NCBI GenBank assembly: GCA_023818895.1
Contig: JAMWCX010000001.1
Coordinates: 117,689-149,688, forward strand
Reading direction: 5' to 3'
Source: Candidatus Omnitrophota bacterium
GTDB lineage: Bacteria; Omnitrophota; Gorgyraeia; 2-01-FULL-45-10
Length of the DNA: 32,000 nucleotides
Numbering within the stretch: position 1 is the stretch's first letter; each line of letters begins with the position of its first letter. Shown here piece after piece: positions 27,027 to 32,000 of the stretch. Below the pieces are notes generated by a model. That model ran no database searches. It worked only from the letters and a program-made list of their open reading frames with translations, and was not told where the DNA came from. The translations under genes and the position numbers were made by a program.

Positions 27027-28364
27027 TTACACTAACCCCTGGTCAAGCATGGCATCCGCGACTTTCACGAAGCCGGCGATGTTCGCGCCCTTGACATAGT
27101 CTATGTACTTGCCTTCTTTGCCGTACTTGACGCATGAGTTATGTATCGAGATCATGATGTTGTGCAATCTCTCGTCTACCTCTTCCCTCGTCCACGAGAG
27201 GCGCTGGCTGTTCTGCGACATCTCGAGGCCGCTCGTCGCGACTCCGCCCGCGTTGGCGGCCTTGCCGGGCGCGTAGAGTATCTTTGCCTTTTGGAATACC
27301 TCTATGCCTTCGGGAGTCGTCGGCATGTTGGCGCCTTCGCCTACGGCGAAGCACCCGTTCTTGACGAGCGTCTTCGCGTCCTCTCCTGAGATTTCGTTCT
27401 GCGTGGCGCTCGGAAACGCCGCGTCGCATTTTACGCCCCACGGCCTCTTGCCCTCGAAGTACTTGCAATTGAAGGCTTTGGTGCATTCTTTTATCCTTCC
27501 GCGCTGGACATTCTTGAGTTCCATCACGAAGTCGAGCTCCTTCTTGCCGATTCCCTTTTCGGCATAGATGAAACCGTTGGAATCGGAGAGGGTCACGACC
27601 TTGGCGCCGAGTTCGTTCAGCTTCTCGACCGTGTACTGGGCCACGTTTCCGGAGCCCGATACGGCGCAGACCTTGCCCTTCAGAGACTCGCCGCGGGTCT
27701 TCATCATCTCCTGCACGAAATAGACGCAGCCGTAACCGGTGGCCTCGGGTCTTATGAGGCTTCCGCCCCAGTTCAATCCCTTTCCTGTGAGCACGCCGGT
27801 GAACTCGTTGCGGATCCTTTTGTATTGGCCGTACATGAATCCTATCTCGCGAGCGCCCACGCCTATATCGCCGGCAGGAACGTCGGTGTCCGGGCCGATG
27901 TGCCGCCACAGCTCCGTCATGAAGCTCTGGCAGAACCTCATCACTTCGTTGTCTGACTTTCCCTTGGGATCGAAATCGCTTCCGCCCTTGGCCCCTCCCA
28001 TCGGGAGTGTCGTGAGGCTGTTCTTGAATACCTGCTCGAAGGCGAGGAATTTGAGTATTCCGAGGTTGACGCTGGGATGGAAGCGGATGCCTCCTTTGTA
28101 AGGCCCGATGGCGCTAGACATCTCGATCCTGTAGCCTCTGTTTATCTGTACCTCGCCCCTGTCGTCAAGCCACGGGACGCGGAAGATGATGACCCTTTCC
28201 GGTTCCGTCATCCTCTCGAGAATCTTAGCCTTCTGATACTTCGGGTTCTCATCGACAAAAGGCATTACCGATTCAACGACCTCTCGCACAGCCTGATGGA
28301 ACTCATTTTCGCCGGGGTTTTTCGCTATGACCTTTGCCATAAAATCTTCGATTTTCTTGCTCAT
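27027..28364 (-). CDS. gdhA: NADP-specific glutamate dehydrogenase
   Basis: At 445 aa it carries NPGENEFHQAVREV, the GGAKGGSDFDPKGKS catalytic-lysine motif and the GSGNVAQY dinucleotide fold. A strong AAGGAGG lies 5 nt before the ATG and overlaps the nfnB stop. Confidence 0.95.
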   Translation of the reverse strand: MSKKIEDFMAKVIAKNPGENEFHQAVREVVESVMPFVDENPKYQKAKILERMTEPERVIIFRVPWLDDRGEVQINRGYRIEMSSAIGPYKGGIRFHPSVNLGILKFLAFEQVFKNSLTTLPMGGAKGGSDFDPKGKSDNEVMRFCQSFMTELWRHIGPDTDVPAGDIGVGAREIGFMYGQYKRIRNEFTGVLTGKGLNWGGSLIRPEATGYGCVYFVQEMMKTRGESLKGKVCAVSGSGNVAQYTVEKLNELGAKVVTLSDSNGFIYAEKGIGKKELDFVMELKNVQRGRIKECTKAFNCKYFEGKRPWGVKCDAAFPSATQNEISGEDAKTLVKNGCFAVGEGANMPTTPEGIEVFQKAKILYAPGKAANAGGVATSGLEMSQNSQRLSWTREEVDERLHNIMISIHNSCVKYGKEGKYIDYVKGANIAGFVKVADAMLDQGLV

Positions 28365-28378
28365 CTAACCCTCCTTTT

Positions 28379-29827
28379 TTACTGTTTCAAAAGCCTCTCG
28401 ATGATTGCCCTTGCCGCCTTTTTAGCCATTCCCATGGCTTCTATTACCGTTCCCTCACCTCCTACTATATCTCCGCCGGCATAGACGCGCGGGATGGATG
28501 TCTCCATCGTATCCTTGTCCACAATGACGTCGGACCACTTGTCGGTCTTGAGCCCGGGCGTCACTTTCGTCAATACCTGGTTTGCCAGGAGGCCTATAGC
28601 AATTACGGCCATGTCGGTATCCACAATGAAGTCGCTTCCGGCTATGGCGACCGGCCTTCTCCTTCCAGAAGAGTCGGGCTCACCCAGCCTGCATTCGAGG
28701 CAGCGGAGGCTCGTCACAAATCCGCTATCATCACCCAAAAAGGCCTCAGGCTGGACGAGGAACCTGAACTTGACGCCCTCTTCCCTGGCGTGCTCTATCT
28801 CGAGCCTCCTTGCTGGCATCTCCACCTCTGTTCGCCTGTAGAGTATCGTAATGTTCGGTTCAAGACCCTGCATCTTCTGTATTCGAAGGGCTGCCCTCGC
28901 CGCGTCCATAGCGGTGTTCCCGCCGCCTATAACGACGACCGCCTTGCCTATATTGACGGGGGTGTGGAACTCGGGGAATTTGAAGGCCGACATGAGGTTT
29001 ACCCTCGTAAGGAATTCGTTGGCCGAATATACGTTGCAAAGGTTCTCGCCCGGTATGCCCAAAAAAGATGGCACACCGGCGCCAAGCCCTAGGAATACGG
29101 CCGAATAACCCTCATCGAAAAGCTCATCGAGGCCCTTTGTCTTGCCGACGATGTAGTTAGGGATTATCTCGACGCCCAGCCTTTTCAGGTAATTGAGCTC
29201 GAAATCCAATATTACGCGCGGCAGTCTGAAGGGCGGTATGCCGTATCTTAAGACCCCGCCCGGCATGTGGAGGGCCTCGAATATCGTCACCTTTACGCCC
29301 TGCCTGGCGAGTTCTCCCGCGCAACATACTCCGGCAGGCCCAGATCCGACTATGGCGACCTTGAATCCGGAAAGCCGGGAGTCTTTATTGACGGGTATCT
29401 CAAGGTTGTGCCTTATGCCGTAATCGCCGATCGAACGCTCGAGAAAGTGAATGTTTATGGCCTTTTCGGAAGCGAACGGCTCTCCCTTCTTTGTGAAGAC
29501 GCATGCCTTGCGGCACTGGTATTCGGCCGGGCAGACCCTTCCGCAGATGGCGGGGAAGTCATTCTTCTGGCGGATGGTGAAGTAGGCGCCTTTGTAGTCC
29601 TTCTGGGTTATCTGGTGAATAAATTTTTTGATATCTATTCCGACAGGACATCCGGTTGTGCATGCGGGGTTTTTGCACTGGATGCAGCGGGACGCTTCCG
29701 CGAGCGCCTCTTCCTCGTTATAGCCGACGACGACCTCCTCGAACGACGCCGAGCGCGCTTTGGCGTCAATTTCGCGGACTTTTACCGCTTCTTTCCTCGA
29801 TGGCCTTACATCTTGTTCAGGTTGCAT
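28379..29827 (-). CDS. nfnB: GltD-like NADPH-dependent oxidoreductase (NfnB / SudA type; often annotated as homotetrameric glutamate synthase)
   Basis: At 482 aa it has N-terminal Cys clusters (CIQCKNPACTTGCPVGIDI and FPAICGRVCPAEYQCRKACV), two Rossmann GxGxxG motifs (VAIVGSGPAG, VVVIGGGNTAMD), and a partner gene immediately upstream. Confidence 0.8.
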   Translation of the reverse strand: MQPEQDVRPSRKEAVKVREIDAKARSASFEEVVVGYNEEEALAEASRCIQCKNPACTTGCPVGIDIKKFIHQITQKDYKGAYFTIRQKNDFPAICGRVCPAEYQCRKACVFTKKGEPFASEKAINIHFLERSIGDYGIRHNLEIPVNKDSRLSGFKVAIVGSGPAGVCCAGELARQGVKVTIFEALHMPGGVLRYGIPPFRLPRVILDFELNYLKRLGVEIIPNYIVGKTKGLDELFDEGYSAVFLGLGAGVPSFLGIPGENLCNVYSANEFLTRVNLMSAFKFPEFHTPVNIGKAVVVIGGGNTAMDAARAALRIQKMQGLEPNITILYRRTEVEMPARRLEIEHAREEGVKFRFLVQPEAFLGDDSGFVTSLRCLECRLGEPDSSGRRRPVAIAGSDFIVDTDMAVIAIGLLANQVLTKVTPGLKTDKWSDVIVDKDTMETSIPRVYAGGDIVGGEGTVIEAMGMAKKAARAIIERLLKQ

Positions 29828-30636
29828 ATATGCTTTTCTTTTGGCTCGTATATCGCGTTTCGCTTGGCGAGTTCGTCCCAGTCGACCTGGTGTCCGTCGA
29901 ACTCCGGTCCGTCAACACAGCTGAATAGAGTCTTGCCGGCGACCGTAACACGGCACGAGCCGCACATGCCCGTCGCGTCGACCATGATAGCGTTAAGCGA
30001 TACGATTATCTTAACATTATATTTCGCGGTGACAGCGGCTGAACGCCTCATCATCGGTATCGGGCCCACGGCATAGACGAGATCGTACTTGCCGTTTCGG
30101 AGTAGCCGATCGAGGACGTCGGTGGTGAAACCCTTGACTCCGTAAGATCCGTCGTCTGTGGCGATAAGAAGATCGTCGGAGACCCTCTTAAGCTCATCCT
30201 CCAGGATGAGAATTTGCTTCGTCCTTGCCCCCAATATGGTGGTGACGCGGTTTCCGGCCTCCTTAAGGGCCTTGGCGACAGGATATATCTCAGCTATACC
30301 GACGCCGCCGCCGACTATAATAACATTGCCGTAGTTCTTGATTTCGGTCGCATGTCCGAGCGGCCCCACTATTGCATAGAGGCTGCCGCCGGGATCGAGC
30401 CTGCCCAAGAGCTTCGTGCTCAGCCCCACTTCCTGAAATATGAGCGTGATGATGCCGGCTTTGGGATCGGCTTCCACTATAGTCAGCGGGACCCGTTCCG
30501 ACTTTTCGGTCACCATGAACGCGATGAATTGGCCGGCCCGGGCTTTTTTGGCGATATCGGGAGCCTCTATCTCCATCCTGGTCACCCGGACGCCCGCCAC
30601 TTCGGACAGTGTCTTTTTTGAGATTATCTTCGCCAT
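29806..30636 (-). CDS. nfnA: Sulfide/dihydroorotate-dehydrogenase-like FAD/NAD-binding subunit (NfnA / SudB type)
   Basis: At 276 aa it has ferredoxin-reductase-like FAD and NAD domains (VIIVGGGVGIAE) and a C-terminal CGSCRV...C 2Fe-2S cluster motif. It overlaps the nfnB start by 22 nt. Confidence 0.8.
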   Translation of the reverse strand: MAKIISKKTLSEVAGVRVTRMEIEAPDIAKKARAGQFIAFMVTEKSERVPLTIVEADPKAGIITLIFQEVGLSTKLLGRLDPGGSLYAIVGPLGHATEIKNYGNVIIVGGGVGIAEIYPVAKALKEAGNRVTTILGARTKQILILEDELKRVSDDLLIATDDGSYGVKGFTTDVLDRLLRNGKYDLVYAVGPIPMMRRSAAVTAKYNVKIIVSLNAIMVDATGMCGSCRVTVAGKTLFSCVDGPEFDGHQVDWDELAKRNAIYEPKEKHICNLNKM

Positions 30637-30673
30637 CTTATGCCTATTAAACGGGCAATGACTCGTAAAATAA

Positions 30674-30702
30674 AAAGACGCCTACACCTGGTAGACGTCT
30701 TT
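30674..30702 (-). terminator. Intrinsic-terminator-like hairpin inside the nfnA leader
   Basis: AAAGACGCCTAC pairs with GTAGACGTCTTT (12 bp, one mismatch, pentaloop). On the minus strand it is followed by UUUUUAUUUUA. It lies about 37 nt upstream of the nfnA ATG at 30636 and downstream of the promoter at 30739-30766. Confidence 0.5.
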
Positions 30703-30738
30703 GTCATGCCGAAACTCTTTGCTGCAAAATTTTATTAT

Positions 30739-30766
30739 ATTATAACATCAGCGGAATTATTGTCAA
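30739..30766 (-). promoter_or_regulatory. Consensus sigma70-type promoter candidate for nfnAB-gdhA
   Basis: On the minus strand: TTGACA (30766-30761), a 16-nt spacer, then TATAAT (30744-30739), preceded by TGT (extended -10). Confidence 0.5.
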
Positions 30767-30867
30767 TAAAATATTAAAAGTTTTCGTATAAACTCTCTTA
30801 GCTTAATCGCTGCCAGCGCGATTAACATTTCTATGTCGTGTTCCTAATATTATACAGAAAACAAAAT

Positions 30868-30893
30868 TGCGCGATTGGCTTTTCGCCATCGCG
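30868..30893 (-). terminator. Rho-independent terminator candidate for the LamG/PEP-CTERM gene
   Basis: GCGCGATTGGC pairs with GCCATCGCGC (one bulge, 5-nt loop). On the minus strand it is followed by AAUUUUGUUUUCUGU. It lies 80 nt after the stop at 30974. Confidence 0.5.
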
Positions 30894-30973
30894 CGTAGTC
30901 CGCTCATCTTTCTTAGTTAAATTTAAAAAATTACTCTGAAAAATCAACCAATTTTAATTACGAGCGCTTTTTA

Positions 30974-32000
30974 TTAAAACCCGAAACTCTTCTTAATCCT
31001 CCTATAAAATATCAAGATGATAGTTCCAAGAAGTCCTGCCACCGTTGACGGCTCGGGAACTTCGCCGCCCCCCAGAGGCTGGCCGCCCAGGCCGCCGCCC
31101 AATAGTATGTATTTCACGCCGTTAACTGTAAAAGCATCGCCGGGATTATGGCCGGTCCATATAGGGTCGTCATGAGCGATGTAAGTCCATGTTATACCAT
31201 CTATAACAGCACCGGAAGCGTTCTGGCTTGTATAGATGTCAATAAGTTCGTTGATTTGGGACTGCGTATAATTAAGATTTAAGCTGGAGTTGGCTGTCAT
31301 AAGATATCCTAGTTTTTCGATTGCGGTGGAAAGATCCGTATCGGAGCCGGTAAGGGCATAAGCTCGTCCGACACCCATCTGGCCGACCGCATTTATCTCT
31401 TCTTTAGAGAGCGCCTTAGTCCAAACAGCGGCGTCATCTATTAATCCGTAAAAGCTAGCTTCGTTCTGCCATCCGAAGGCGCCGAAGAACCACCAGTCAT
31501 CAAGCTCGTGATCCCAGCTTGTGCTTGCCACGAGGGTGCCGTTGACGTAAATTTTCTTTAATGGCCGGTCGAAGGTAGTGGCAATGTGATACCATTCGTT
31601 AGAATTCCACACATTCTGTAAGGTATATATATTTTCGTGCGTGTTGTACCAAAAATTAACTGTATGAACAGTGAGTGTTCCAGCGGGATTGCCTTGATAA
31701 CTAAAACCCATAAGAAACGCCCCACCGTATCCAAAAATTGTCTTAAATTGCGTAACAGACGAGTCGATAATGGAATTAGGTTTTACCCATAATGAAACAG
31801 TATAACGTTGGGATGTTTCGGGCGAGTCCCAGCCGCCTGCCAGTGCGTTACTGAGCGAAGAGGTCTCAGCCAATGCGATGCGTATCCTGCTCTTGGGAAT
31901 GCCGAAGTACCCGCTTAATGCCGCTATGACCGCCTCGTTGGCCCTGCCCTCTTTGGCTGGCGCATTGACACGGACGACGAACTCGTTATCGCTTATCTTT
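30974..32000 (-). CDS. LamG (concanavalin-A-like lectin) domain protein with a C-terminal PEP-CTERM sorting signal. The reading frame is open to the window edge and starts with a DUF167-like segment.
   Basis: The C-terminus GGEVPEPSTVAGLLGTIILIFYRRIKK is a PEP-CTERM motif followed by a TM helix and a basic tail. The LamG_3-like core reads YTVSLWVKP...WYHIATTFD...KIYVNGTLV. The track start at 31873 is a TTG, but there is no stop upstream. Positions 31874-32000 translate in the same frame as KISDNEFVVRVNAPAKEGRANEAVIAALSGYFGIPKSRIRIAL, which is DUF167/YggU-like. Confidence 0.7.
   Translation of the reverse strand, partial: KISDNEFVVRVNAPAKEGRANEAVIAALSGYFGIPKSRIRIALAETSSLSNALAGGWDSPETSQRYTVSLWVKPNSIIDSSVTQFKTIFGYGGAFLMGFSYQGNPAGTLTVHTVNFWYNTHENIYTLQNVWNSNEWYHIATTFDRPLKKIYVNGTLVASTSWDHELDDWWFFGAFGWQNEASFYGLIDDAAVWTKALSKEEINAVGQMGVGRAYALTGSDTDLSTAIEKLGYLMTANSSLNLNYTQSQINELIDIYTSQNASGAVIDGITWTYIAHDDPIWTGHNPGDAFTVNGVKYILLGGGLGGQPLGGGEVPEPSTVAGLLGTIILIFYRRIKKSFGF

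Noticed and set aside
27139-27909. A 256-aa minus-strand ORF, extremely Arg/Gly/His-rich, lies inside gdhA in another frame.
   Set aside because: It lies entirely within the well-supported gdhA reading frame. Its low-complexity Arg-rich composition is the expected by-product of an alternative frame in GC-rich coding DNA. It has no independent start context.
254-30661. Dozens of 60-270-aa plus-strand ORFs in the supplied track lie antisense to carB, carA, the giant ORF, DUF1846, GH3, gdhA and nfnAB (for example 8369-8902, 17698-18189, 23169-23684, 29267-30076).
   Set aside because: All are shadow ORFs opposite long genes with clear family signatures. Their translations are low-complexity (Ser/Leu/Pro/Arg-rich), carry no motifs, and have no ribosome-binding sites that I could see.
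1-32000. I searched for CRISPR arrays, tandem repeats, rRNA/tRNA genes and IS elements.
   Set aside because: No regularly spaced direct repeats, no tRNA-like T-loop or acceptor patterns in the few intergenic regions (all 340 bp or shorter), no rRNA-like sequence and no transposase-like ORFs were seen by eye. A tRNAscan/Infernal run would be the definitive check.

Overview
This is a gene-dense 32-kb bacterial window with 22 protein-coding units, 21 of them on the minus strand. I recognised no rRNA, tRNA, CRISPR array, transposase or integrase. In transcription order (high to low coordinates) the window holds:
- a LamG/PEP-CTERM protein whose frame stays open to the window edge and begins with a DUF167-like segment;
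- nfnA-nfnB-gdhA, which looks GC-richer than the rest;
- pyrG (broken by a 1-nt insertion), carA, the N-terminal half of carB, and a GH3-family ligase;
- two small convergent secreted proteins;
- dusB, yjbQ, a PF04020 holin-like membrane protein and a small anchored protein;
- DUF1846;
- one 10,536-nt ORF (3,511 aa);
- a second carA/carB pair, with full-length carB but a carA in which all three glutaminase triad residues are replaced;
- the start of purF.
The stand-out is the 3,511-aa ORF. Behind a signal-peptide-like N-terminus it strings together two histidine-kinase-type GHKL ATPase domains, two class-I SAM methyltransferases, a 4-TM CPBP-like block, a CheD-like Cys/His hydrolase flanked by TM helices, an MraZ-like double-DxxxR domain, two helical+GNAT-like modules introduced by a repeated LKRD[DE]EH..LGGMDH motif, a transglutaminase-like core, and about 700 aa I cannot assign. 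I know of no described protein with this architecture. All domain calls are by-eye motif recognition and need profile or structure searches. Secondary items are the complementary degeneration of the two carAB loci, three near-consensus promoters each followed by a terminator-like leader hairpin (carAB, pyrG, nfnAB), apparently leaderless starts, the pyrG frameshift, and the DUF167-LamG in-frame junction. Lineage cannot be assigned from the sequence alone.
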